A stretch of 60,000 bases of DNA from Malacoraja senta (taxonomy: Eukaryota). The stretch covers positions 7,690,001-7,750,000 of the forward strand of contig CM075993.1 of the NCBI GenBank assembly GCA_038087875.1. Direction: 5' to 3'. Below the pieces are notes generated by a model. That model did no database searches. It saw only the letters and a program-made list of their open reading frames with translations, and was not told where the DNA came from. The position numbers were made by a program, and so were the translations under genes. This document shows positions 1-13,660 of the stretch, in pieces; positions within the stretch are counted from its first letter, which is position 1; every line of letters starts with the position of its first letter.

Positions 1-719
1 CCACACCTTTCATTAGTAAACCACCCTAAAAATACAGTTTCATTACCTAGTCATAACAGATTCTTGCCAATTTAGGAACATAAGGGTCCAATCCATGCAG
101 CACAGAACAGGCCATGACCATGCCAAACAATCACCCACCTCCAGCAATCCCATTTGTCAGCACTTGGTCCATAGACTAAACACTGGCAATTCAAGTGCTC
201 ACCTAGATATATAATTGTGAACACCTGCTTCCATGTCTTACTCATACAATGCTTTCCAGATACCAAACACTCACCCCACCTCCCCTCATTTATTCTGAAC
301 CAGTCATCTAGTTTGAAACCCTTTGAACAAAAATGGTTTTCTATCATCTGTGCCCTTAATTTTCTATTCCCTAGTCAGGTCCCCATTCAGACTCCACTGC
401 TCCAGTTCTCTCCTCATAACTATACACCTTCCCAGGCAAAGCCTTGGTCATTCTCCTCTGCACACTCCAATACAATCATTACATCCCTGCATCACAATGA
501 AAAAACAATTTCCTTGTTCTGGTCTATGCCCAGGTTAATGAAGCCTGGCATCCTATGCCTTCTTTACACCATATCAATCTGTGCTGCCAACTTGCAGTAT
601 CCCGGTACTTGCACACCAAGATCTCAGTGTTCCTCAATACTCCCGAGAGACCTACCACTTAGTGTCTATCCTACCCTGCAGCCCTCCCACTTATCAGGGT
701 AAATACCATCAGCTACAAG

Positions 720-1755
720 GTCATAAGGCATAGTAGAATTAGGCCAGTCTACTCTGCCATTCAATCATGGCTGACCTATCTCTCCCTCCATCCCCATTCT
801 CCTGCCTTCCTCCCATAACCTCTGGCACCTGTACTGATCAAGAATATATCTTATCTCTGCATTAAAAATATCCACTGACTTGGCCACCACAGCCTTCTGC
901 GGCAAAGAATTCCACAAATTCACCACTCTGACTAAAGAAATTTCTCCTCATCTGCTTCCTAAAATAATGTCCTTTAATTCTGAGGCTATGACCTCTAGTC
1001 CTAGATTATCCCACTAGTGGAAAGATCTTCTCCACATCCAAGCCTTTCACTATTCTGTATTTTTTTTAAATGAGGTTTCCAATCATTCTTCTAAACGCCA
1101 GCGGGTACAGGCCCAGTGCGGGTAAATGCTCATCATTGGTTAGCCTACTCATTCCTGGGATTATTCTTGTAAACCTCCTCTGGAACTCTCCAGCCAGCAC
1201 ACCATTCCTCAGATATGGTGCCCAAAATTACTCACAATATTCCAAATGCAGTCTTACCAGCTCCTTATAGAGCCTCAACATTACATTCCAGTTTTTGTGT
1301 ACAAGCCCTCTTGAAATAAATGCTAGCATTGAGTTTGCTTTCTTTACTACCAATTAGACTTACAGATTAACTTTTTGGGAATCCTGCACCAGCACTCCCA
1401 AGTCCCTTTGCACCTCCAATTACTGGATTCTCACCTCATTTAGGAAATAGTCTACACCTTAATTCCTACTACCAAAATGCATGACTCCATACTTTGCTAC
1501 AGTATATTCCATCTGCCCATTTCCCAACCTGTCCAAGTCCTTCTGCAGAGTCCCTGTTTTCTCTACGCTACCTGCCCCTCCACCTATTTTCGTATCATTC
1601 GCAAACTTTGCTACAAAGCCTTCAATCCCCTCGTCCAAATCATTAATATACAACGTGAAGAGTAGTGGCCCCAGTATCGACCCTTGCGGAACTCCAACAG
1701 TCACTGGCAGCCAACCAGAAAAAGCTCCATTCATTGCCACCCTTTGTCTTCTGCC
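720..1755 (-). mobile_element. CR1 LINE 3' fragment with RT remnant
   Basis: ORF 1459-1740 reads GVPQGSILGPLLFTLYINDLDEGIEGFVAKFANDTK; typical elasmobranch CR1 3' UTR near 720-830. Confidence 0.9.
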
Positions 1756-2361
1756 ATTACAATGCCCACTTTACCAAATGATCAATTACTTTCCATAACT
1801 CAAGACTAGGGACGAGATTTAACAGGAACCCAAGGGGCTATTTTTTCCACTCAACGTGTTGGTGGGTATATGGAGCGTATTGCCAAAGGAGGTTGTGAGC
1901 AGATACTATAACATTTAAAAAAACACCTGGACAGGTACATGGATAGGAAAGGTTTTAGAGGGATATGGGTCAAGTGCAGGCAAATGGGACTAGCTTGGAT
2001 GGGGCATCTTGGGTTGGCATGGGACAAGTTGGGCCAAATAGTCTATTCTCTACGACTGCACTTCTGCAATGTTTATGCCATTTGCCAAGCTTGTACTTCC
2101 CTATATTTGTACCGACTTGATGCAAGGGTCCCAACACTGTACCCCCAGACATGACTGGTCATTGGTTTCTGGTCAAACTCTCCACTATAATGTCTATTTA
2201 TTGAAGTGAAAATCTACAAAGCAGCTAACATTATAGTAATATTTAGGTAGGTCTAAACTAGTCTACATTAAGCTTCCAGATGAAAAGCAAATAAGGAATG
2301 TGGAATATATAAAGAAATGTTATCTGAAAGCTTAACTATGAAACAGTAATGTGCCCCTTAC

Positions 2362-2611
2362 CTGCAGCTTGTCTATGCAGTCTGGCCTCCTTTTCAATAC
2401 TGAAAGGGTCTTCTGGGCACTCCAAAAGATCCCAATTTGCCCAACCAGAAATTTGCTGACCATCCTTTTGAAGGGATTAGGGCTCATTGGATTTGTGACC
2501 GAAATTTGATCTTGATCCACTCGGGGGCTCATAACAACCCGTTTCATTGAATCCCTGCTTGCTCCACCCATCGGCAGAAAGGAAAATTGGAGGAGAAATG
2601 CGAAGACTCGT
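2362..2611 (-). CDS. CPEB1: CPEB1 coding exon 5 (apparent internal frameshifts in this assembly)
   Basis: ttacag| acceptor and |gtaagg donor; 250 nt, phase 0 to 1. Starts TSLRISPP and ends [27 protein letters not shown] (human [27 protein letters not shown]). The middle matches CPEB1 only in a shifted frame (FLPMGGASRDSMK...PRVDQDQ). Confidence 0.9.
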
Positions 2612-4248
2612 CTGTAATAAAAACATTTAATTGGTTGACATCAAAAACTTTCCCCATTAAATCAAGACTGTCATATCTAATGAGATGATCAGTTATCATG
2701 CAGTTGTACAACAAACAGCTGAGTTTAAACAACTTGAGAATCCTAGCATTTAAAGCAAATGACCAGCATTTTTAGAATTAAATCAGTCCAAGCCAAAATA
2801 GTTTTTAAAATTGCAGCAGATACAAACTATTAGAGCTAGCGTTATTTTTAAATGGTTGGTCAAGGCTTTAAAGTTATCTACTCAGTGTGTGACGCATTAG
2901 TAGTTAGAAGTTTCTAGATTCCAAGCCATTTGTCAATCCAGTCTCCATGCAAGAATTTTACAAACATTTCAATTGAAACTGCTTAAGTACCCACACAAAG
3001 CAAAACTATTTTAGTCTTGAAATAGTTTTTAAGGACATATTCTAAAATGTTATCAAATCAATTTTAAAATCAGGTTGGCCGAACTACAGGGTACTCCAGT
3101 CGAGTGTTTAAAGGACCTAATTGGAGCAATATTTTCATGTTCTGACCAAGACTTCGTTCATTAATACCAACCACTTGGCACCTTAAATATTTTGCATTGA
3201 GTTCTCAAATTTCATAGATCCTCTACCTAGTATTTTGCCACCTACAAAATATTAGTCCTTCCCACCAGTTTCTTTTTAAATCAGCAAACTTAAATGACAG
3301 ATTAATGTAGTCAGTGAAACTTAACAAACCCAAATAATGAACTGTGCACTATGCAATAGTTACCACTAATCAAAGTGACCTTTTAATATTAGTTTTCACC
3401 CCCAACCAAATCTTTTAACCATGCCTACATCCAATCTATACTATTTCCTGTTGCACCATCAGCCTTCAAGGTGCAACATCTTTATCAAATGCTATCTTGA
3501 ATTATCTACACATTCACCAGGCCGACCCAAATTACATCAAAAGCTACAATTTTGTGACTGACTATATCTAAGTGGTAATTTCACTAGATCCCCATCAACT
3601 CATTCTTAACCCAATATCAACAGTCGAGCATCAAAAATGTACTAATTAAATCGTTTCCATTCCCTCTTTCAATAAGGAAACAAGGTGCTGGAGTAACTCA
3701 GCAGGTCAGGCAGCATCTGTGAAGAGAATGGATAGGTGATGGTTTGAGTCAGCACCTTCTTCAGACCCAAAACATCACCTATCCATTCTCAGATGCTGCC
3801 CGACTTGCAGAGTTCTTCAGTGCCTTGTGTTTTGCTCCAGATTTCAACACCTGCAGTTCCTCGTCTTCGTTTTTCCATTTAGAAATAATTCTACATTGTG
3901 GCAAATGTTCCATAGTCAAGGAAATATCACCACATTTATCTTAAGCTTTGCGTATCAAAACGTTACTTTAAATTTCAAATCTCAAATCTATTCTGCAAAT
4001 AACCACACATTAAAGAGAAAAAAATCACACTTTTGCTAATTGATGAAATTTGGTTTCATCCATCTTCAAACCCAAAATAAATAGAAATAACCTACATTTG
4101 CTTTATGGCAGGTTAACCAGTCAACATCAACATTTGTGAAAACCATCACTAACTGGACATTCACCTTCATGTTATCTACATAAAAATTAGTTGTTTGGAA
4201 ATGAACAAAATTATTACTCCACAGAAACAAGCACTTGTATTGGAGTGC

Positions 4249-4448
4249 NNNNNNNNNNNNNNNNNNNNNNNNNNNNNNNNNNNNNNNNNNNNNNNNNNNN
4301 NNNNNNNNNNNNNNNNNNNNNNNNNNNNNNNNNNNNNNNNNNNNNNNNNNNNNNNNNNNNNNNNNNNNNNNNNNNNNNNNNNNNNNNNNNNNNNNNNNNN
4401 NNNNNNNNNNNNNNNNNNNNNNNNNNNNNNNNNNNNNNNNNNNNNNNN
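4249..4448. other. Assembly gap (200 N)
   Basis: Run of N. Confidence 1.
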
Positions 4449-5844
4449 TAACCAAGTGCACTTGGTAAAATTAGTATACAATCAATATGGTCAATTTAAT
4501 TCCTAGCATTCATGAGAGGTTTTAATATTGCTTTCCCTCTAATCTATAAACTAATTTTCCTCTAATCAAATAGGATTGCCTTCCAGCCGATCCTAAAATG
4601 AAACTCTTAATCGAAAGGCAGACAAAAATGCTGGAGAAACTCAGCGGGTGAGGCAGCATCTATGGAGCGAAGGAAATAGGCAACGTTTCGGGTTGAAACC
4701 CTTCTTCATCTGCATGCAGTTCCTTCTTAAACCCTTAATCTAAATTTGTTAATTATACAGAATATAACTCGTGGCCACAATGTGTTTCCTACTTCAGTAT
4801 CAAATTAAGCATCGGCAATATCTCAGATACATAAAATTGTCCTTCCAGGATTCACTGGGATTACCACTTATCCCTTTGATGTTGGGAATTCTGAAAATAA
4901 GACAGTAGTTTGCAATATGTTTAACCCAGGAACCTGTGTAGTGCAGTGAATTTCTTCCAAGGTGTAAAATCCACATGTAACCATTGTGTTGTGGAAATAT
5001 AAAAATGCTGTGGGTGCTGCAATTTTTTTTTAAACATTCTGGATTCTCTCAAAGTGTTTCTCGGTGCACAATGTTAGGGCCTTGAATAAACGAACATTTG
5101 AAAACGCGCTACTGCTCTACGAGATGTTTTGTCTGTTCATATCTAAGCCATAATTAAGATGGCAGTTGGGCCTCGTATGAAGTCAGATTCAGGGTACAGG
5201 TTAAACAAAAATTCCCTCCAACACCTCCATACCTACTCCAAAGTCATGATGATTTGTACTCCAGGTTTCCACAGATCTGAACATTACATTTACCATACCC
5301 AGAGCCATATTAGGCTAGATTTGTCCCAAATGTTGTGGTGTGACGGAAATACCGTTTGCAATCCTGCACTGCAAGATGTTGAACCAGTGACAAACCTTTC
5401 AACCTTCAACTTTAATTCCTTATTTCCACCCATCATAAATTGATAAATAGAAACCATGATTATGTCTTTTTGGAGACTTGTTCTCAATTGATGTTGTGAA
5501 CATTTTACCCAACCTCAAAATTCTTCAATTAATAAATATACAGACCATTTCCCATCACAAAACTTCTTCATTTGAATGTGTGGTGATTGCATTGCAATGA
5601 GGAATTAACTCCGACAATGGCTTGCCCAATCCAAAAAGGCACCCAATACATTGCAAGACTCATTCTAACTATGTAGTACAGCCAAAAACAGGTTGGATGC
5701 AGCAAGAACTCTGAAATTGACTACAGTTTGGATATTTGAAGTCAGGAGGTATTCATGATTTAAATCATAAATGTAATTATCACCACATCTGTTTGAACGG
5801 GGTTCACTCTCTTTGATTAAGGGAGGTTAGGTAACAAATTCACA

Positions 5845-6100
5845 AGTTATAGGAGGAGAATTTGGCCCATCGAGTCCACTCAACCATTCAATTATGGCTG
5901 ATCTCTGCCTCCTAACCCCATTTTCCTGCCTTCTTCCCATAACCCTTGGCACCCATTGTAATCAAGAATTTGTCTATCTCCGCCTTAAAAATATCCACTG
6001 GCTTGGCCTCCACAGCCCTCTGTGACAATGAGTTCCCCAGATTAAAGTTCCTCCTCATCTTTCTAAAAGAGCGCCCTTTAATTCTGAGGCTATGACCTCA
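5845..6100 (-). mobile_element. CR1 3' end
   Basis: Closely matches 53940-54230. Confidence 0.85.
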
Positions 6101-7898
6101 GTGAGCAGAGGCCCAGCGCTGTTTAGCCCAAAATAAATCAAATCAAGACTAATTTCAAACAGAAGATTTAAAAGTAATTCAACACTTGACAAGCTGACAA
6201 CAGGCCAATGGGGGCATTCTGAGGGTGGGCCTTGGGAACCCTCACCTGCAGCCTTTTGACAGCTTTGCTTACAGCTGGTTTCTAGCAAGAGAAAGATAGG
6301 GCACAGCTGGATCAAGCACAATCCAGGCCATTGATACTTCTGGTGCTGTGCACAAACCCCATGGACACATGCAAATTTCCCAATACTTCAATTTATAGCA
6401 CCTAAATTTCAGCATAAACCATTGTTTTACTTTATATAGTTTGGTTATTAACTTCGGATTATTGCATATTGCTGATTACTGATAATTTATGTGTGTATCC
6501 TATAAAATTGTTTTCAGTAAACACTGCATCGTACATAGTCGCATAGTTCATACACCAAGTGTTAAAGCATTGACTATGATCAATAGAAAATCCATAACAG
6601 CCTCAATCTATGTTACTTTGAATAAATAAATTGGGAGTATTGGGCCAAGTATGCAAGCAACAGTAAAAGTGAAGCAATTTCTGATTGCTTTCATTTAATG
6701 CTACTTTAATTAGTTCAAAGGAATATTTCTAAAATAAATTTGTGGCCAAAAGGCAACCACAAATGCCTCTTTCAGCCAACACGAATAACAACAATTGACC
6801 CTTTGGTGCAACCATTAGAACATTTCAGCTAATGTTACGAGGATAACTGTCCTTGGAATTTAGAAAAAACTCTTGAATACGTTATATTGGGACATACTGT
6901 CCATATTATACCCACATCTCCAACATCCAGTGAACTATACTCTAAATGGTGTCTCGTTCATGATCACATATGCAGGAGATAAAATAGAAGGCCCTCAAAC
7001 CTACCCCACCTATTTGACCTTGGCTGATCATGCCAGGCTCAACTCCTGTGTCAGTACCCCATAACCAAATTCCTCAAACTAACTTAGATACATCTAATGA
7101 TCTGACATTCATCAAAAGTCAGATTTGATGGAAGTCAAATTTTCTAGCAGTTATCAAGGATTCAAATTTTCTAAAAAAAATATCAAGGATCAAATTCCTT
7201 TTTTGGCATTAGTTGAAAATAAGCCATTTGAGGTGCTTGTAGTAGTGGAAAGTTCTTAACATCTACCCTGCTAACCTCTTGTTTATTTGAGTAAGGTCAC
7301 TCCTCATCCCACTGAATTCCATATTGCAGATCTAAATTATCTAGTCTTGTGATAGGACAACCCTCTCACCCCAACAACTAGTCTGGTGAATATTATTTGG
7401 ATTGGCTCCAATGCTACTCTATCCTTTCGGCAAGAGAAGCGAAACAGCTCACCATTCCAGGTGCAGATATGACCTATATGACTAACAAAACCTCCCTACC
7501 TTAAACTCCAACTCTTACAATAAAGGCAAAAACGGCACTTGCCTTAACCTGTTGAACCTGCCAATTTGCGATCCATGCATCAGAACATCTAGATCCTTTT
7601 GAACTTCATTCATATGCAACCTCTCTCCATTTAGATGGTTATCCACTTACTGAATAGCATAACCTCAGTTTCCCACTTTGGATTCCATTTGCCTAATTTT
7701 CACCCAAACTCCACCTTGTAGAATTACATGAAATTCACCACAATTTTGTATTAGAAGTGTCTCGAGCTGAAACTTCACCCATGCCTTCTCCCCAGAGATG
7801 CTGCCTGAGTTACTCCAGCATTTTGTGTCTATCTTTTGTATTAGCAAACATGGAAACCATGTATTTTTGTCTCTAGGTCAATGTACATAGTAAACATT

Positions 7899-8047
7899 CA
7901 GTCATATTCAAGGACTGGAACCCAAACACATGCCCAAAGTGTTTGGGAGGCCCAGTGATGAATTCTGTGCAAATGTGGGAAACCGCATCCTGCTGCTAGT
8001 TCCTAGGTCTGTTTTATTCATATCTAGAGGGAGAAATTAAAAGCATT
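7899..8047 (-). pseudogene. Degenerate partial duplicate of CPEB1 exon 3 with its splice acceptor
   Basis: Aligns by eye to 11391-11540 at roughly 84% in the exonic part, with the 24-nt acceptor region identical. Translates MNKTDLGTSSRMRFPTFAQNSSLGLPNTLGMCLG, then a 1-nt deletion and TGA; no good donor. Confidence 0.85.
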
Positions 8048-8884
8048 GACCGAGACAAAAATACAATCCCTGGAATATTTTACATCCCATCAGCCTGAAA
8101 GGGATTTATTCCAACCCCATTTTCTGTGCAGCAGTTAGTTTTCAATCTATGCTGATATACTTTCTCCATTATTAATTCATGCACCCACTTGACAAACACC
8201 TCTTGGAAATCCAAATACACAGCTTCAAGCCACCCTCTATCAACTCCATCACATCCCTACAATTGTCAAGCATTTCATTTTCAAAAAAGTACAATGAATA
8301 GTTTGATTATATTCCGTTTTCCTAAATAATTAGTTATGTCCCGATTACTGACTGGCATTGACTATTCCTAGTCATGTATTATTCATGATCAACCCAAACC
8401 TACTTAACATTGCTACCTGGTACCTCTGCTCCATTGCTCGCTGCTGTGATACCTTCCTTAACACTCCCAGCCTTTTGGCCTGTTCTTTGGAACATCTGGA
8501 ATATTGAGGATCTAGTACCAGTCAGCCTGCAACCATGTGCCCATGCTATTAGATCACTTATATTGCTATCCGTACTGTCAATTCATCCATCTTGTTGGAA
8601 ATGGTTTGTGTACTCAAAGACCATTAAACTATAAGAAGTTCTCAAATTCTGGATATGTTCTGTACTGTATACTTGTTTATATTTATTGTTTATATTTTCT
8701 GCAAGCTGCAGTGAGGCACGAGGGACTCTAGTAAATTTTGCTGTTCATGAAATTTGAGGATGCTGCAAAAAGGTTCTTAGCCATACAAGATCCAGAGTCA
8801 GCAGTTAAATGGCATTGACAAACGGCATCAGTGGCCTAAAAAAGAGATGGCCAGTCCCTAAAATCCTGCAGCTGATAACATCTA

Positions 8885-9195
8885 GATATGGAAAAGATGT
8901 TTCAAATAAATGGACGAGTCTAGAACCAGGGCCCAACCTCAGAACAAAGGGACATAACTTTAGAATGGAGGAGGAATCTATTTAGCCTGAGGGTGGTGAG
9001 TCTATGGAATTCATCGTCACAGACAGCAGAGGAGGCCAAGACATTGGATATTTTTAAAGCGGAGACTGACAGGCTCTTGATTAGTGAGGGCCTCCAAGGC
9101 TTCGGGGGGGGGGGGGGGGGGATTAGATCAGCCATGATTGAACTGCGGAGTAGACTCGATGGGCCAAATGGCCTAATTCTGCTCCTAATCTTAGT
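8885..9195 (+). mobile_element. CR1 3' end
   Basis: VVSLWNSSSQTAEEAKTLDIFKAE.D plus the CR1 3' UTR. Confidence 0.85.
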
Positions 9196-9319
9196 CACCA
9201 AAATGCAAATTTGTAGTAGTGAATTACAAATGTGGAAGAGTATTAAATGAGTTAAGAGGAGACACCTTTTTATGCAATAAAAAGATAACCACCTAGTACA
9301 AATTTAGTGATAATTTAGA

Positions 9320-9640
9320 CCAAGTAACAGCAATAGAGCTGCTGCCTCATAGCACCAGAGAGCTGTGTTCTGTGTTCCATCCAGACTTGTGGAATTTGCA
9401 CGTTCTCCCTGTGATTGTGGATTTTCCCGTGTGCTCCGGTTTCTTCCCACATCGTGTGGGTTGGGGGGGGGGGGGGGGGGGTTAATTTGCAGTTCTAATT
9501 TGCCCCTTAGTGCATGGGTTATTGGTAGAATCCTGGAGAGTAATGACAATGTGGATAGAAAAAATTTGATTAATGCAAGAGCAGTGTAAATGGGAGGCTG
9601 ATAGTCAGCAAACAGCCAAAGGGCCAGTTTCCATGCCGTC
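9320..9640 (+). mobile_element. Degenerate V-SINE
   Basis: AGAGCTGCTGCCTCATAGCACCAGAGA and GGAATTTGCACGTTCTCCCTGTGA...CTCCGGTTTCTTCCCACA. Confidence 0.7.
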
Positions 9641-11330
9641 TCTTCCTGTCCAAGTGGGCCTGATCGAATTTATTCTAAAAGCACTTGCTCAACCAGAACA
9701 TTAAATAGATCTTTGAAGATGTTTTCCTCCTGCCTGCAAACACTCAAATTTTAAGACTCCCAGATTCCTACATCATAACACAATTAGACATCTAGTTGAA
9801 AACTCATGATTTGCTCACACGTTCTAACGGTAAGTTATCATGTTATCAAGTTATGAGCAGTTGACACCCAAGGTTTCTGGGTGCATCCTACACCACACAT
9901 GCACATTATAGATGAGAAAAGCTTCAGGAATTGAAGGTTGATACAAGGATGCCAGAAAGCTCAATGCATAGAAAGCCTAGAGGGGCAAACCTCTTCAGTA
10001 GCTTTAGGCAAAGCTGCAGAAAGCCTGAATGGCTCATGGACATTCCAATCTTTTTGTGCTCCTCACATTTTACCATGTACTATCTAGGTGTTTCAGATAT
10101 GCCACCATTGCTGGTAGTTACAGTATACAAGCAATGGGAGTGAAAAGATACTACATGCCTGAAGTACCTAAATGGTCAGAATGTGACAGCTAATAGCGGA
10201 TTAGCTCCAACCCAAGATAAGAAAGTCACCTTTAGGCATGTGTCTTTGGCATAAGTATGGTATTCAAATCACCTTGCAATAATTAGAGCTTGAACAAAAA
10301 TATCCGCAATTTGAATCTTCAATCGGCAGGTCATAACTAGCTTAAAATGGTCGTTTGTCTCAAACACAAATTTCACTGTTACAAATCAAAGCTGAGAATT
10401 GGTTTAATTTTTAAAACTTGTCATAGTGTCCAACATTATTTACCATCTTGGAAATTAGCAAGATGAATCCCACAAAATGCCAGAGGGGGGGGGGGGGGGG
10501 GGGGGGGAAGAGAAAGGGCCACTTTCACAAGCTCTTATCAAAGTTAAGCCCTTCTAGGACCTCAAAGTTGCTACCTTACATTAAGTAAAAAATAACTCGG
10601 ACTACAGACCGAATAATTAAATCCAAATACTATAGTCTAATGACATGCAACTCAAATAAATGTTTCCTTTGCCAACAGGTATCATTTTTACGACTCACGA
10701 TGTATGTTTGGGGGAGGGAGGTAATGAGGAAAAAGGTATAGTGGAAGAGAGCAAGGGTAAGAGATAACAAAAGGCAGAAGCAATCCAAAAGCAGACCGAC
10801 ACATCAAGGTTGTTGCCAGCATGCTGATGCACCATTAATTCTGCACAATGATCGACGTTACAAAACCTTGCATCTTAATATTGCAGGGTCAACCCTTTAT
10901 ATCAGGACTAACTTTAAAACAAGCCTTCTTCTGGAGGCAAGCTTTCTTTTGAATGAATAATCAGCTTGGATTGTACTTTAAACATTACAAATGGTTTAAA
11001 AATAAAGCTTAAATCTTGCAAATGTGCTTTTAATGTAACACCATCCGTGACTCATTGTAATGCGGGCAATAAAGATACAATTGTAAGTATATTTTGCACC
11101 AAAGGTTAATTTTTGAAGATTAAATGCTATAGACAGTGAGCCAGAGCAAATGCCTCAAAATAAGTGACATTGCAGGGTTATAAGAAATTTGCAACAGATT
11201 TTAGGCTTGACCTCAATTTGCATTTAAACACTGAATAATGTGATTGTTCAATCCAAGATCAAGCAAACCAAAACATCACTAAATAAGCTAATAAAGCACT
11301 CGTCCTAACAGAAGTTTAAGTCGCACTTAC

Positions 11331-11516
11331 CCGATGAACTGGCAGTCACTGCAGTATCAGAGTCCTGAGTGCTCCATGGTCGGTCCCACCCAGTCAGATT
11401 CAAGGACTGAAGGCCCAAACACAGGTCCATAGTGTCTGGAAGGCCTCGTGATGAATCCTGTGCAGATGTGGGAAACAGCATCCTGCTGCTCGTTCCTGGA
11501 TTGGATTTATTCAAAT
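11331..11516 (-). CDS. CPEB1: CPEB1 coding exon 3 (contains leucine-rich NES-like [10 protein letters not shown])
   Basis: ctctag| acceptor and |gtaagt donor; 186 nt, phase 1 to 1. Translates [46 protein letters not shown], nearly identical to human CPEB1. Confidence 0.96.
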
Positions 11517-13296
11517 CTAGAGGGAGAAATTAAAAGCATTTTTGAGATCATACTTAGCTGCATCCCATCTGTCCAGCCCCTAACCTGTGACTGCACCCTA
11601 CAAAACTGCCATGCATCTTGGGCTGCATCAGTAGTTCAGCATGTGACTGAACTGCTGATGTACTCACTACAATCCTTTAGCTAATTACATCACTTTAGTA
11701 CAAGAACTCAAATGTTTATAACCAAGTCTATCCTAAAATGCGCAGCTTGGAGCTTCGGCAACATTAAGCAAAACGCACTGCTAACGGCTGCGCCACCACA
11801 TTCTCCTCCCCTTCAATACTTGGACCTGGATAACCTCCAACTGCTTGCTACAACCCTGAATCAGCAAATGCAGAACAAGCCGAACAATTCTGCTAGCCTA
11901 GTGTCTGTTTACATTTTTTTTAAATGCCTGACTTGCTTTACATATAATTATCTTCCTTGTGCAAGGCAGTGATGCCACCTTGAGGAAAATTATACTTCCT
12001 TCTGTTCAAGAATTAAACCAGGAAAGAATTGTTAAAACACCATTCTGCCACATTCTACAGTGTCAGGCATTTCTCTGGAAGCTTCTAGGAGTGGCGTTTA
12101 CATGCTTCTATTTTTACTGGAGCAAGTTTGATTTGTATTCATTTTCTGGTTTCAGATTACGGTGACAATGGTTTTGCTTTCAGTTTCCTCAGGATTAATA
12201 CCGAACTTGAGAAAAGATTTACAATTGAAAATTTGCTGTTCTAAATTTATCAGCTGAAATGAGCTGCACTACAAGACCAAAGGAACAACAATACAATTTA
12301 TGCAGCATCAGTTCTCTATACGTGTCACTGACAAGGCAACATTTAATACCTTAATTGCCTGCGAAGGTGATGAATCTTTACTGCTGTGACCCATTTGAAA
12401 ATAACACTGTGAGGGAGTTAGAATTTTTACCTACTGTACAGGAATAGATGGTTTGAGTTCTACTGGAAGTTTTTGTTCTTGCTGCTCTCTTATCTGCAGG
12501 CTGCAGATTTGGAAGTCATCTTGGGGTTCACGAGTTCTCGTAGTGCACATCATTGCAGTGTGCACTACTTAGTGGTGCAGTAAGTGAATGTTTGGTGGCT
12601 AATAAGAGTGCCAAGTGATCTGTTTGTTTCTGGTTAGGGTTGAGCATCATCTCAACCAGAGATATATGGAACATTGAGTGCTTTGCAGATAAAGGTTCAC
12701 GAAAGTAGGTGTCATTATGAACAGGTCTCTGGCCTGCTTGCAGTCACTATGGTCAGTCAAATGACCTTCAAGGGAGTCTGAAATTCTGTAGTGCTGTTGA
12801 ATAAAGACAGGGACATCTCACTGGAGAATCACTGGCTGTGCAATACCAGACAAGGAAATATTGTGTCACATCTTTGGGATTCTGGCTTGCCCACATCTGG
12901 ATAAAGATTGGAATGAATCTGCAGTGGATTCAGACAACCAAAACCACGCATTTGTGAACAGGTTACTGTGCGACTTGCAGTTCAATGGCCTGTGGGGATA
13001 CACACCAAGCCACATTGGATTAGTCTTTGGCGTACAGAAGGTCTAGAATAGACCAAAGGAAATCAGCAATGGTACTGGAGAAAATGATGGGACTAAACAA
13101 GCAAATCCACAAGACTAAAATGACCTGCTCAGATTTGAAACTGATACCCATTAAGTAGTGGATGTCTTTCAGGTATAACATGAAATTATAAAATTACAAC
13201 ACATTGAACTTAAGGTATACACTGATTGGTCAATGGAGCCAAAAGAGCATAAATGGGTTATTTTAAAAGTCAAGCATGAATAGAGGCATGTCAAGA

Positions 13297-13660
13297 ACTA
13301 GAAACATAGAAAATAGGTGCAGGAGTAGGCTGTTCGGCCAGCACCACCGCCATTCAATATGATCATGGCTGATCATCCAAAATCAGTACCCCGTTCCTGC
13401 TTTCGCCACATATTCCTTGATTCCGTTAACCTAAGAGCTATATCTAACTCTTGAAAACAACCAGTGAATTGGCCTCACTACCTTCTGTGGCAGAGAATTC
13501 CACTAGATTCACAACTCTGGGTGAAAAGGTTTTTCCTCATCTCAGTCCTTAATATTCTTAAACTGTGACCCCTGGTTCTGGACTCCAACATCAGGAACTT
13601 TTTTCCTGCACCTAGCCTGTCCAATCCCTTAAGAATTTGATACGTTTCGATAAGATCCAC
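13297..13660 (-). mobile_element. CR1 3' end
   Basis: DLIETYQILKGLDRL...TRGHSLRI; same family as 49854-50272. Confidence 0.88.

Noticed and set aside
4066..4506. ORFs containing X runs (also at 38460-38869)
   Set aside because: Artefacts of reading through 200-N gaps.
5290..5487. 65-aa minus-strand ORF as a possible CPEB1 exon
   Set aside because: No similarity to CPEB1 and no convincing splice-site pair.
8410..8635. Candidate for the missing CPEB1 exon 4
   Set aside because: The minus-strand sequence resembles a decayed CR1 endonuclease start, has stops and shows no CPEB1 similarity.
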